Shown: in pieces, positions 9,809 through 19,047 of the stretch | Numbering within the stretch: position 1 is the first letter of the stretch | Layout of the letters: every line of letters begins with the position of its first letter | DNA from: a virus | Reading direction: 5' to 3' (one strand) | IMG/VR virus record: IMGVR_UViG_3300042691_007361 | Span: 32,001 to 96,000 of that record | DNA length: 64,000 nucleotides | Made by a program: the position numbers and the translations under genes | The notes under the pieces: model-generated | The model's database searches: none | What the model was told of the DNA's origin: nothing | The model's input: the letters and a program-made list of their open reading frames with translations, nothing else

Positions 9809-10984
9809 ATGGCACAAGTACAATTAAACATTAATGAATTAAAAGATTTCTTAGGACACATGGTTAGCAATAACCAGCATATTCAAGCTCAAGGAAAAGT
9901 TCCTGTAGCTGTAAATATTGAGGGTGACGCAGGTCTTGGTAAGACTTCATCCTTAATGCAGTTAGCTGCTGAAATGAACATGGCAGTAATAAAGCTAAAT
10001 CTATCACAGATAGAGGAGCTTGGTGACTTGGTTGGTTTTCCATTCAAGGAGTTTGAAATGATTAGAGAAGATGGTGCTAAGAGATGGGTTCAAGAAAGTT
10101 TAATGGACACATATCTTAAGAATAAGTTCAGACCTTCTGGAGAAAGTAGAATGTCACATGCTGCTCCTGAATGGATTCAGGGACAACAAGAAGGTGGCTT
10201 CTTGATTCTTGATGACTATACTCGCGCAGATTCAAGATTTATGCAAGCTACTATGGAATTGATTGACCGTCAAGAATATATCTCTTGGAAGCTACCAAAG
10301 AACTGGCATATTGTATTGACTACTAACCCAGACAATGGTGAGTATAACGTAACTTCTCTTGACATAGCTCAGAAGACTCGTTTTATTTCTGTTGAAGTAA
10401 AGTTTGATTCTAGTGTATGGGCTAAATGGGCAGAGAAATCTAACATTGATGGCAGATGTATTAACTTCATGTTGATGCACCCAGAGGTGGTAACTCGTTC
10501 TGTCAATCCAAGAGCAATTACTACATTCTTTAATTCTATCAGTTCTATTGAGAAGTTTGAAGAGCAGTTACCATTGATTCAAATGATTGGTGAAGGTTCT
10601 GTTGGAGCAGAGACATCTACTATGTTCACTATGTTTATCAATAACAAGATGGACAAGATTATCTCTCCTCAAGATATCATGACTAATGCTAATGAAGCTT
10701 ATGTAGTTGGTGCATTGAATTCTGCTGTAGGTCAAGGAGACTCATTTAGAGCAGATATATCTAGTGTAATTGCAACTCGTATTGTTAACTACTCACTTAC
10801 CCATGCTGAGAATCACTCTGTAAGTGATGCAATGGTGAATCGTTTAGTTAAACTTACTACAGACTGCGATGCCTTTACTGATGATCTTAGATACTACATG
10901 GTAAAGGAGATTGTAAATGGGAATAAGAGTAAATTTGCAAAACTGATGATGAACAGTTCTGTAGTCAAAATGGCGGTTAAGTAA
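9809..10984 (+). CDS. MoxR-like AAA+ ATPase
   Basis: GDAGLGKT Walker A, GDLVGFP, LILDDYTRA Walker B, LTTNP, AQKTRF and NPR, adjacent to a vWA gene. Confidence 0.88.
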   Translation: MAQVQLNINELKDFLGHMVSNNQHIQAQGKVPVAVNIEGDAGLGKTSSLMQLAAEMNMAVIKLNLSQIEELGDLVGFPFKEFEMIREDGAKRWVQESLMDTYLKNKFRPSGESRMSHAAPEWIQGQQEGGFLILDDYTRADSRFMQATMELIDRQEYISWKLPKNWHIVLTTNPDNGEYNVTSLDIAQKTRFISVEVKFDSSVWAKWAEKSNIDGRCINFMLMHPEVVTRSVNPRAITTFFNSISSIEKFEEQLPLIQMIGEGSVGAETSTMFTMFINNKMDKIISPQDIMTNANEAYVVGALNSAVGQGDSFRADISSVIATRIVNYSLTHAENHSVSDAMVNRLVKLTTDCDAFTDDLRYYMVKEIVNGNKSKFAKLMMNSSVVKMAVK

Positions 10985-11039
10985 GTCATTGTAACATCAT
11001 TTCCCCATAAAAGGAAAATAAATTAGATTAAGTCAAATA

Positions 11040-11063
11040 TAAGGCGGTGTAAAAGCCGCCTTA
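11040..11063 (+). terminator. GC-rich stem-loop (terminator or regulatory hairpin)
   Basis: TAAGGCGG-TGTAAAAG-CCGCCTTA, with no long U-tract. Confidence 0.5.
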
Positions 11064-11077
11064 CTTAATTAACACAC

Positions 11078-12223
11078 ATGAAAGATTATTTAGTAATAAA
11101 AGTTTGGGATAGCGGAAGTTATCATATGACAGATCAGTTATCAAATTTACATATAGAAATATCTATTGATGTTCTAACAGGTGCATTTGATATGGATGCA
11201 TTAAGCTTTAATATAAAGCACACGTACACTCCTGTACAAGGTGATAAGTTTTATTTCTTACCAGGAGTTACTGTACCTAGAGTAAAGCTAAAAGACCTAA
11301 ATGCAACATACAAGATCAGATCTGTAAGAGATATAAACGAAGCAAATGTATTTTTTATAGGTAGTAAAACTAATGATGTTTTTACTGACTATAGTTGGGA
11401 GCATAAAGTTGAAACTGAAAAGCTAAAAGAGTTTATTGTAGCAGCTCACACAAAGGGTCATATTGACCATTATTATTATCAGAAGTTTCTTGATGCGGTT
11501 GAATTTTATACTAATGAAGAAATCATTATTGATTATGGTACAAAAAGACTGTTATTTGATAAAGATTTAGGTTTTCATATAAGTGACAGCAATTTCTTTG
11601 GTAGTGATAAGTTTATTAAACTATCTCCAGAACAAAAGGAGTTATATGAACAAATTAAAGACAAAGAATTATATTCAGAGGAATCCATCTATGAGTATAT
11701 TAATGGTCCAGATGCTGTAACAATTGATCAGAATATGTTTGAGATACTCGGTGACATGTTTAAAAGTTCAGATACGGATAATCATGTATTAGCCATGGAG
11801 ATTATGGCTAACTCTGATTACAAGTCTAGCATCCTCTATCTATGTTTTCTTTTACATGACTACCACCCTACAATAGAAAACAGAAGAGAGCGTACTCATG
11901 TTAACTTCAAGTCTCTCCTAATGTATATGGGTAGAACTACAGGTAATGTACATCTTGATAAGGATCAGATGGTAGACTTAATGATTAACAAGAAGCTTTT
12001 AACTAAAGAGTATTTCTTTGAGATGTGCAATAAGTTTAAAGGTGAGATAGATACTTATAGCAGTACCCATTTCAAAATAAAAACCGTATCTTCAAGCAAA
12101 GTAGTTGATGAGTATTTGAATGAAGAACTCATAGTACAAATCAAAGAAGATTACACTTCAGTAAAAGAAATAGCTAACATATCACAAGATGAGTTTAAAA
12201 ACACAGAACTTGACATTATCTGA
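11078..12223 (+). CDS. Hypothetical protein (possible BRCT-like N-terminal part, MFxSxDxDN motif)
   Basis: 381-aa ORF. The segment KFYFLPGVTVPRVKLKDL...VRDINEANVFFIG loosely resembles BRCT. Confidence 0.65.
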   Translation: MKDYLVIKVWDSGSYHMTDQLSNLHIEISIDVLTGAFDMDALSFNIKHTYTPVQGDKFYFLPGVTVPRVKLKDLNATYKIRSVRDINEANVFFIGSKTNDVFTDYSWEHKVETEKLKEFIVAAHTKGHIDHYYYQKFLDAVEFYTNEEIIIDYGTKRLLFDKDLGFHISDSNFFGSDKFIKLSPEQKELYEQIKDKELYSEESIYEYINGPDAVTIDQNMFEILGDMFKSSDTDNHVLAMEIMANSDYKSSILYLCFLLHDYHPTIENRRERTHVNFKSLLMYMGRTTGNVHLDKDQMVDLMINKKLLTKEYFFEMCNKFKGEIDTYSSTHFKIKTVSSSKVVDEYLNEELIVQIKEDYTSVKEIANISQDEFKNTELDII

Positions 12224-13211
12224 AGAACTTGAAAGATTTTACTCTGAAAAGTTCTATTTTAGTTACTCAAGTATCAATAAACTTTTGTTCTCTCCAAGAC
12301 TGTTCTACAGTCACTATATTCTAAACCAGAAAGAAGATAGTACAGATGCCCACCTCATAGTAGGTCGGGCACTGCACTGTCTTTTATTGGAACCGGATAA
12401 GTTTGATGAGGAGTTTGTAATGGTACCAAAGATTCCTACAGATAGTAACAGGGTTATTATTGATCATATCTTTAAGACCCACTATGAACCAATGAATAAT
12501 GATGCATTGTCACTAGAAGATTTCCCTAATGAGTTGCTGGGGCAAATGGTAGTGAACAATTTGTATCAAAGTCTCAAGACAGATCCGCAGAGACTTGAAA
12601 AATTACTTACTGATAATAACAAAGAGTATTTTAACTTTTTGAAAATCAGAGAAGGTAAAACCGTGATTGATCCTGCTGTGAAGCAGCAAGCTGAATCAGG
12701 ACTTGAAGCACTTAAAGCAAATGACAGGGTTAAAGCTTTACTTCAATTGGAACCAGATAAACCTGTGGGAATCAGTGTGTTTAATGAGCTTATGCTAAAA
12801 ACAGAACTTGAGAAATATCCATTTGGTTTTAAAGGTATACTAGACAATGTAGTCATGGACGAGAACACCAAGACACTATTTATCAATGACTTAAAAACAA
12901 CCAACAAATCTATTCAAACCTTCCCTGAATCCGTAGCTTATTATAGATATGATATTCAGGCAACAATGTATGTTGGGCTTGCCTATGAGAAGTTTCTCAA
13001 AGATAGGCCTGATGCTAATGAATGGACAGTTGTGTTCACATTCATTGTGATTGATAAGCACAACCAAGTGTATCCATTCCAGGTATCAAAAGAAACGCTA
13101 GTAAATTGGGAAGAAGAATTTTCTTATGTAGTACAGCAGATAGACTATCACTATCTGAATAGAGATTTTACTCTACCTTATACACTAGCTATTGGTAATG
13201 TAACACTGTAA
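12189..13211 (+). CDS. PD-(D/E)XK exonuclease (RecE / DUF3799-like)
   Basis: FSYSSI, GRALHCLLLEP, KGILDNVV...INDLKTT and YRYDIQATMY. Confidence 0.85.
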   Translation: MSLKTQNLTLSEELERFYSEKFYFSYSSINKLLFSPRLFYSHYILNQKEDSTDAHLIVGRALHCLLLEPDKFDEEFVMVPKIPTDSNRVIIDHIFKTHYEPMNNDALSLEDFPNELLGQMVVNNLYQSLKTDPQRLEKLLTDNNKEYFNFLKIREGKTVIDPAVKQQAESGLEALKANDRVKALLQLEPDKPVGISVFNELMLKTELEKYPFGFKGILDNVVMDENTKTLFINDLKTTNKSIQTFPESVAYYRYDIQATMYVGLAYEKFLKDRPDANEWTVVFTFIVIDKHNQVYPFQVSKETLVNWEEEFSYVVQQIDYHYLNRDFTLPYTLAIGNVTL

Positions 13212-13217
13212 ATTTTT

Positions 13218-13784
13218 ATGGCAATAGACGCGCTTTATAAGGATTATTTTCAAAAGTCTAGGGTCTTTATGTATCCACTCCTAGGCATTCGCAGGGGTGC
13301 AAGTGTAATACCGGAGATAACCTATATAGGTTGGGAAGGTAACCTAACACCCGAGGATACAAAGCTGATTACTATTTATCCTAAGAGGACAGACAAAGAA
13401 TATCAGAACTTTGAGAAACATGTTTTAATTAACCATTCTCGTGCTTCTGACTTTGTTGAGCTTAATGATGAACAGCTTCTGATTACATTTGATTTTTCTG
13501 ATATGAAAAAAGATTGGGACCATTTTGTTAATGGTAGATACAGTCAAATGGACATAAAAATAAAGCGCAAAATCCGTGATTTCTTTGATAGAAACAGTGC
13601 AAATTATGTATATATAGATAGTTATTTATTTCCTGAGAAGTATTTTACTCTCTATGCAGATTTGCTAAATGTCAAAGAAGACTTGTTAAAAGAAGTTGGT
13701 GAACTATGTAGTAAACCAGACCTAGAACGTGAGACTTTAGTCGCAAGTATAATCAATTTGGAAAACAAGAAAATTCTAGGTTAA
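13218..13784 (+). CDS. Hypothetical protein
   Basis: 188-aa ORF with normal spacing. Confidence 0.75.
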   Translation: MAIDALYKDYFQKSRVFMYPLLGIRRGASVIPEITYIGWEGNLTPEDTKLITIYPKRTDKEYQNFEKHVLINHSRASDFVELNDEQLLITFDFSDMKKDWDHFVNGRYSQMDIKIKRKIRDFFDRNSANYVYIDSYLFPEKYFTLYADLLNVKEDLLKEVGELCSKPDLERETLVASIINLENKKILG

Positions 13785-13811
13785 TTTGTAAAACAATTTA
13801 AAACCAACATT

Positions 13812-14183
13812 ATGAGTAATTCAATTGGAGGCAATATGCTTCTTATCAAATCAGTTTGGAATGAGGGAGAAACATTCAAACTTCTTCCACTTTCACTTGA
13901 CTGTCCTTACATTGAGGGAATTTATGATCCAGGAGCTAAAGTTCTTGTGATGATTAGTCGTGTATCCATGAGTAAGCTTCATATGCTTCCTAAGTTAGAT
14001 GACAATGGTGACCCAGCTCCACTGAAAGTAAAAAGAGCTAATGGAAGAACAGTAAAAGAAGAGAGAAAAACTGTTGAAACTTTTCAAGAATTCTATATTG
14101 ACAATGATGAAGCTATAGCATCTGTTATAGATATCTTTGCAATGAATAAGGATTTTGATTACAAGAAGTACATTACTAAGTAA
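13812..14183 (+). CDS. Hypothetical protein
   Basis: 123-aa ORF with an A-rich leader. Confidence 0.75.
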   Translation: MSNSIGGNMLLIKSVWNEGETFKLLPLSLDCPYIEGIYDPGAKVLVMISRVSMSKLHMLPKLDDNGDPAPLKVKRANGRTVKEERKTVETFQEFYIDNDEAIASVIDIFAMNKDFDYKKYITK

Positions 14184-14206
14184 TAACCTGTCAACCTAGA
14201 CCAGTT

Positions 14207-14233
14207 GGGGCGGATGAGAGTCTGCCCCTTCTT
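14207..14233 (+). terminator. Stem-loop, probable terminator
   Basis: GGGGCGGA-TGAGAG-TCTGCCCC followed by TTCTT. Confidence 0.6.
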
Positions 14234-14251
14234 GTCTAAAATATTTAGCTT

Positions 14252-14602
14252 ATGTATATATCAGAAAGAAAATACAAGAATGCTCTTGCTGTAATTAATC
14301 AGTATAAAGCTCAACAAAAAGAGCTTGAGAAAAACAAAGTAAAAGAAAGCGGAATAACATTAGCTACTACACTTAAAGAACTTAAAGATAACAATCTTAT
14401 ATCCCCTAAGTTGTACCGTACTTTAGAAGAAATCTATAAATGGGATTATGCATACTCAATAAATGATACTCCTCTTGAGCCATATATTGGTTTCTTTATA
14501 GAGACTAAATATGAAGATATATCTAAATGGCGTGGAATAGGTAAGACTATGAGAGATGAATTTGTATCACTAATGGCTGCCGCTGGGCATGAAGTAGTAT
14601 GA
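14252..14602 (+). CDS. Hypothetical protein with helix-hairpin-helix / RpoA-CTD-like C-terminus
   Basis: ISPKLYRTL...DISKWRGIGKTMRDEF pattern. Confidence 0.55.
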   Translation: MYISERKYKNALAVINQYKAQQKELEKNKVKESGITLATTLKELKDNNLISPKLYRTLEEIYKWDYAYSINDTPLEPYIGFFIETKYEDISKWRGIGKTMRDEFVSLMAAAGHEVV

Positions 14603-16773
14603 GACAACATTATGTAATGGATTATGAAACACTCTCCAACTGCTTTGTTGCTGTGTTTCAAGGAGTTAAGTCAGATGACTATGAAGTATTTGTAGTACAT
14701 GATTTACAGAATGATATTGATAGACTAATTAGTTTTCTTGAGGATAACATTCTTCTTGATGAATGGCACATATCATTTAATGGTCTTGGGTTTGATAGTC
14801 AGATTACTGAGTATATCCTAAGAACACAAGACCAGCTACGGGAAATGGGTGGATGTGAGATTGCTGAGTGGTTATATGGCAAAGCACAGAACATTATCCA
14901 AAGTCAAGATGAGAATAGGTTCTTAGAATTCAGTCCAAATGATCTGCAGATTAATCAGATTGATGTTTTTAAACTTAATCACTGGGATAATCCTGCTAAA
15001 AGAAGTTCACTAAAGTGGATTCAGTATACAATGGATTGGGCTAACATAGTTGATATGCCTATTCATCATGCTACTGAGATAACAACATTTGAGCAGATAG
15101 AACAGATAATCTATTATTGTAAGAATGATGTTAGCTCCACTAAGAAAATCATGGAGCTTAGTAAGAAACAGATTGAACTCCGCAAGAGTCTAACAGAAGA
15201 GTATAACATTAATTTGTTTAGTGCTTCTGAACCAAGGATATCTAAAGAGCTGTTCTTACATTTCTTGAGTAAGAAGACCGGTATCAAAAAGTTTGACCTG
15301 AAGAACCTGAGAACCAAAAGAGATCAGATTGTAGTTAATGATATTATACTAGACTATGTAAGTTTCAAGACTGCTACATTCCAAAGACTCCTGGCTAAGT
15401 TTAGAGATATTGTTCTAGACCCAAAGGATACAAAAAATGGTTTTAAATACTCTATTCAATATAGAGGAGTTAAAACTGACTTTGGTCTCGGTGGTTTGCA
15501 TGGTGCCTGGTCTAAGAGTAGAATATTTGAATCTAATGAAGAGATGATTATCATGACTTCAGATGTTACATCCTTCTATCCTAACTTGGCTATTAGAAAC
15601 AAATGGTCACCGGCACATATTCCTAAAGAGGAATTCTGTGAGCAGTATGAGTGGTTCTTTGAAGAAAGAAAAAAGATTAGTAAGAAAGACATCAGGAATT
15701 ATGTATACAAGATTATACTCAATTCAACTTATGGTTTGAGTAATGATGAAAACAGTTTCCTGTATGACCCAGAGTTTACTATGCGTATTACTATTAATGG
15801 TCAGTTATCTCTGGCTATGCTGTATGAGATGCTAACTGAGGGTATCCCGGGAGCTATTCCAATCATGCAGAATACTGATGGTCTTGAGACAATGATACCT
15901 AGAGAGTATGAGCAGAAATATTATGACATCTGTAAAGAATGGGAACAGATAACTCAATTACAATTAGAGCATGACAAGTATCAGAGAATGATTATTGGTG
16001 ATGTAAATAATTATATTGCTGTTCATATGCCTAAAGAAGTTGACATAGATACAGCAATGGATATGAGTATGGACAACCCACACTATATTTACAGACGTAC
16101 TCCAGACGGAGTCTATAGTTATCAGGCTGTAAAGTGTAAGGGTAGATTTGAGTTTCATGATCTTGCTCTACATAAGAACAAGAGTTTCTTGGTTATACCA
16201 AAGACTATCTTCTACTATTTTGTACACGGAATTGATCCTAAAGAGTTCCTATCTAAACAGACAAACATATTTGATTTCTGTGGTGGTAAGAAAATCAGAG
16301 GAGATTGGAAATTTATTGAACATCTAGTAGAAAAAACTATTGATCCTAATTATTTGAATTACAGTCTTAAACAAAAAAGAGATTATCTACTATCCAATGG
16401 GTGGGAACAATCTTGGTCGGATGATAACTGGGTAAGAAGTAATTCTACTAATAAAGAAGCTAATACTGGTATAAGTACTGAAGCTGCGTTTAATCTCATT
16501 GTTCCTAAAATAGGTGGTGAGTATAAGGAATGTCCTTTGCAGCATACTATTAGGTATTATATTTCTAACAACGGATCTAAAATTATTAAGCACAATCTAG
16601 TTGATGAAAGGTCAACTCAACTAGAAGCAGGTAAGTGGTTACAAACACTGTTTATTGATTATGTAGAAAAGGACATAAACAATTATGATTTAAACTATGA
16701 TTACTATTTAGAGAAGATTATGAAAGAGATACATAATCTTGAACCCGTCAAAAACCAATTAAGTTTATTTTAA
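14599..16773 (+). CDS. polB: DNA polymerase family B with 3'-5' exonuclease
   Basis: ExoI MDYE, ExoII FNGLGFD, ExoIII YCKND, polymerase motifs SDVTSFYPN, KIILNSTYG and NTDG, and a C-terminal QLSLF. Confidence 0.95.
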   Translation: MRQHYVMDYETLSNCFVAVFQGVKSDDYEVFVVHDLQNDIDRLISFLEDNILLDEWHISFNGLGFDSQITEYILRTQDQLREMGGCEIAEWLYGKAQNIIQSQDENRFLEFSPNDLQINQIDVFKLNHWDNPAKRSSLKWIQYTMDWANIVDMPIHHATEITTFEQIEQIIYYCKNDVSSTKKIMELSKKQIELRKSLTEEYNINLFSASEPRISKELFLHFLSKKTGIKKFDLKNLRTKRDQIVVNDIILDYVSFKTATFQRLLAKFRDIVLDPKDTKNGFKYSIQYRGVKTDFGLGGLHGAWSKSRIFESNEEMIIMTSDVTSFYPNLAIRNKWSPAHIPKEEFCEQYEWFFEERKKISKKDIRNYVYKIILNSTYGLSNDENSFLYDPEFTMRITINGQLSLAMLYEMLTEGIPGAIPIMQNTDGLETMIPREYEQKYYDICKEWEQITQLQLEHDKYQRMIIGDVNNYIAVHMPKEVDIDTAMDMSMDNPHYIYRRTPDGVYSYQAVKCKGRFEFHDLALHKNKSFLVIPKTIFYYFVHGIDPKEFLSKQTNIFDFCGGKKIRGDWKFIEHLVEKTIDPNYLNYSLKQKRDYLLSNGWEQSWSDDNWVRSNSTNKEANTGISTEAAFNLIVPKIGGEYKECPLQHTIRYYISNNGSKIIKHNLVDERSTQLEAGKWLQTLFIDYVEKDINNYDLNYDYYLEKIMKEIHNLEPVKNQLSLF

Positions 16774-16775
16774 TT

Positions 16776-18452
16776 ATGGCAAAGAGAATTAGAGAAGTAA
16801 CAAGAGATTTTCTTAAGGCAGTTCCGCTGCCTGTACAGACTAGCAGTTATACTGTTATATCGCATGAGTCTGTTATGGACTATGTATTTACTGAGCTTGC
16901 AGCTCAAGGTTTTGGTATCCTCTCAGAGGAGTATAGATGTACATATGATGGTCTGATTGCACAAGGTATTTACAAGCTAAACTATGGTACTGATGAGGAG
17001 ATGTCTCTGATGTTTGCATGGTCTAACAGCTACAATAAACAATTAAAGTTTAAATGTGTAACTGGTGGTTATGTAACAGCAAACCAAACAGTAATGTTGT
17101 GTGGTGAGATTGGAACATGGACTCGTAAGCACACAGGTACTGCAGATGCAGATGCTATTGAGATGATTAAAACTCAGATTACTAATGCTGCTGTATATTA
17201 CAACAACCTAGTAGCTGATAAAGAAGTAATGAAGCAGATACCACTTACTACAAAGCGCCAGGCAGAGTTGCTTGGTGTATTGTTTGCAGAGTATGAATTG
17301 CTTACTACAGAGCAGGCAAGTATTGTACGCCAACAAATAGATAAGCCTAGCTTCTTCTATAATGGTGGTAAGCATACACTGTGGTCATTCTATAATCACG
17401 TAACTCTGGCATTCCAGCAATCACATCCAAAGACATGGATGGAGGATCAGCGCATGCTTCATTGGTTTATCAGTAATGAGTTTGACCTAACAGGTAGTCC
17501 TGTTATGTCTGCTATTGTACAAGCAATGGTTGAGGTTACAGAACCTATGGTAGATCCATTGTATACTGTACCTAATCAGACTAACATCTTAGATCAAATA
17601 GCAGACTTAGAAGCAGATCAAATGGATGAAGACATTAGATATGCTAAAGTAGAAGAAGAAAGTGGAACAAATGAGGTAAAAAATGAAGAGATTTTGTACC
17701 AGTCTGAAGAAGTAGTTGAAGATGTTGTTGAAGACACAGAAGTTCCATTTGATATTGATGAGGATGATGATGCTGTGTTAGGTTCATTACTAGTTCCAAT
17801 AGAGAATCCTGAGCCACCTGTTACAGTGGAAGAATATTTGGATCACAAGGAATTACTTGATGAAACTGTAGCTTATACTGACCCAGCAGGTAATGTATTT
17901 GAAGCTCCAGTAGTTCAAACTAAAGCACCACAAGAATTTATTGATGCTCTTATGAATGCACCAGAAATGGATGCTTCAGAAATTGATATGTCAAAAGTTA
18001 CTTGGGTTGATGCTCCAGAAACTGTTAAGGAAGTTGAAGATAAGCCTAAACTTTCTCTTGATGATATTCTAATCAGAATACCAAATGAGGAGAAGAAAGC
18101 TGAAGCTGAGATTGCTACTGCTATTGAAAGAGTGGAGCGTAAAGAACTCAAAGAAACTCTTAAAGCAGAAGATCAAAAAGGTAAGCTACCAAGTGATATT
18201 CAATCTAGACTAGATGCATTTAATGCTAAGAGAGAAGCTGAGTCTTCAATACTTACTCCTGAAGAAATTGAGGAAGAGTATGACCTGAAGCACACTGATG
18301 ACTATCAAGATGTGATTGAGATGAAGGCTGAAGAATCACTTGAAGTGGAAGCAGTTAATACTACTGAAAATCAACCAAGTACATTCAATGATTTTGAGTT
18401 TGACCTAGGGTCAGATGATGAAGAATTGAAGTTTGATGATGATTTTCTTTAA
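16776..18452 (+). CDS. DUF932-like protein with a long acidic low-complexity tail
   Basis: N-terminal YTVISH, NSYN, RKHTG and TLWSFYNHVT. About the last 300 aa are very rich in E and D. Confidence 0.7.
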   Translation: MAKRIREVTRDFLKAVPLPVQTSSYTVISHESVMDYVFTELAAQGFGILSEEYRCTYDGLIAQGIYKLNYGTDEEMSLMFAWSNSYNKQLKFKCVTGGYVTANQTVMLCGEIGTWTRKHTGTADADAIEMIKTQITNAAVYYNNLVADKEVMKQIPLTTKRQAELLGVLFAEYELLTTEQASIVRQQIDKPSFFYNGGKHTLWSFYNHVTLAFQQSHPKTWMEDQRMLHWFISNEFDLTGSPVMSAIVQAMVEVTEPMVDPLYTVPNQTNILDQIADLEADQMDEDIRYAKVEEESGTNEVKNEEILYQSEEVVEDVVEDTEVPFDIDEDDDAVLGSLLVPIENPEPPVTVEEYLDHKELLDETVAYTDPAGNVFEAPVVQTKAPQEFIDALMNAPEMDASEIDMSKVTWVDAPETVKEVEDKPKLSLDDILIRIPNEEKKAEAEIATAIERVERKELKETLKAEDQKGKLPSDIQSRLDAFNAKREAESSILTPEEIEEEYDLKHTDDYQDVIEMKAEESLEVEAVNTTENQPSTFNDFEFDLGSDDEELKFDDDFL

Positions 18453-18488
18453 GACCTTACCTCTGCATAAGGTAAGTTAAACAATGAA

Positions 18489-18523
18489 AGAGGGGGATGG
18501 CTTAGGCTGTCCCTCTTTTTTTT
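18489..18523 (+). terminator. Rho-independent terminator
   Basis: AGAGGGGGATGGC-TTAG-GCTGTCCCTCT followed by a long T run. Confidence 0.8.
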
Positions 18524-18524
18524 C

Positions 18525-18532
18525 TATCTTTG
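18525..18532 (+). promoter_or_regulatory. Bacteroidota-type -7 promoter element (TATCTTTG)
   Basis: Exact TAnnTTTG immediately after the terminator and 5 nt before ATG 18538. Confidence 0.55.
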
Positions 18533-18537
18533 TGGTT

Positions 18538-18639
18538 ATGAATTATTTATACATAGGAATTTATTTAATAGTAGTCTGGGGCTGGGTAGGCTTTGAGATG
18601 TTACGTGCAAAAGGCGAAGACAATGAAAAAACAGATTGA
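18538..18639 (+). CDS. Small single-pass membrane peptide (33 aa, absent from the ORF track)
   Basis: MNYLYIGIYLIVVWGWVGFEMLRAKGEDNEKTD*. It follows a promoter box and overlaps the next gene start. Confidence 0.5.
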   Translation: MNYLYIGIYLIVVWGWVGFEMLRAKGEDNEKTD

Positions 18640-19030
18640 ATCAGTAGAACGATTTCATGAGGCATTTGGACAAAAGAATGGTAAATGGCCTCAGCATATT
18701 GAGTTAGATCAATATGAGCTAAGACATAAACTAATGGCGGAAGAAAATGATGAATATCTAGAAGCATGTGATGCTAAAGATATTGTAGGTATAGCTGATG
18801 CATTAGGTGATCAAATGTATATTTTATGTGGGACTATTCTTAAACATGGATTACAGCACATTATAGCAGATGTATTTGATGAAATACAAGCTAGTAATAT
18901 GAGTAAGTTAGGTGAAGATGGTAAGCCGGTATTAAGAGAAGATGGAAAGATTCTCAAGGGACCAGGTTACTTCAAGCCAAATCTAGAAAAGTTTTTTGTG
19001 GCAGAAGGCAAAAAGAAAGGGGAGCAATAA
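18623..19030 (+). CDS. MazG-like all-alpha nucleotide pyrophosphohydrolase (PRA-PH / dUTPase-like)
   Basis: V..FHEAF, EENDEYLEA, IADALGDQMY, SNMSK and REDGKILKG. ATG 18623 is preferred over TTG 18593. Confidence 0.88.
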   Translation: MKKQIESVERFHEAFGQKNGKWPQHIELDQYELRHKLMAEENDEYLEACDAKDIVGIADALGDQMYILCGTILKHGLQHIIADVFDEIQASNMSKLGEDGKPVLREDGKILKGPGYFKPNLEKFFVAEGKKKGEQ

Positions 19031-19047
19031 GCTCCCCATTTTTTTTT
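19011..19047. terminator. Bidirectional terminator at the convergence of the two gene blocks
   Basis: A-rich tract, GGGGAGC-AATAA-GCTCCCC, then a T-tract. Confidence 0.85.

Noticed and set aside
12189-13211. CRISPR-associated Cas4
   Set aside because: No Fe-S cysteine cluster and no cas genes or array nearby. It fits a recombination exonuclease.
14599-16773. Intein in PolB
   Set aside because: No C/S...HN-C/S/T splice junctions or LAGLIDADG motifs, and the length is ordinary.
33-18622. ORF-track starts at 33, 2097 and 18593
   Set aside because: These are TTG starts overlapping upstream genes. The downstream ATGs at 78, 2154 and 18623 fit gene coupling better.
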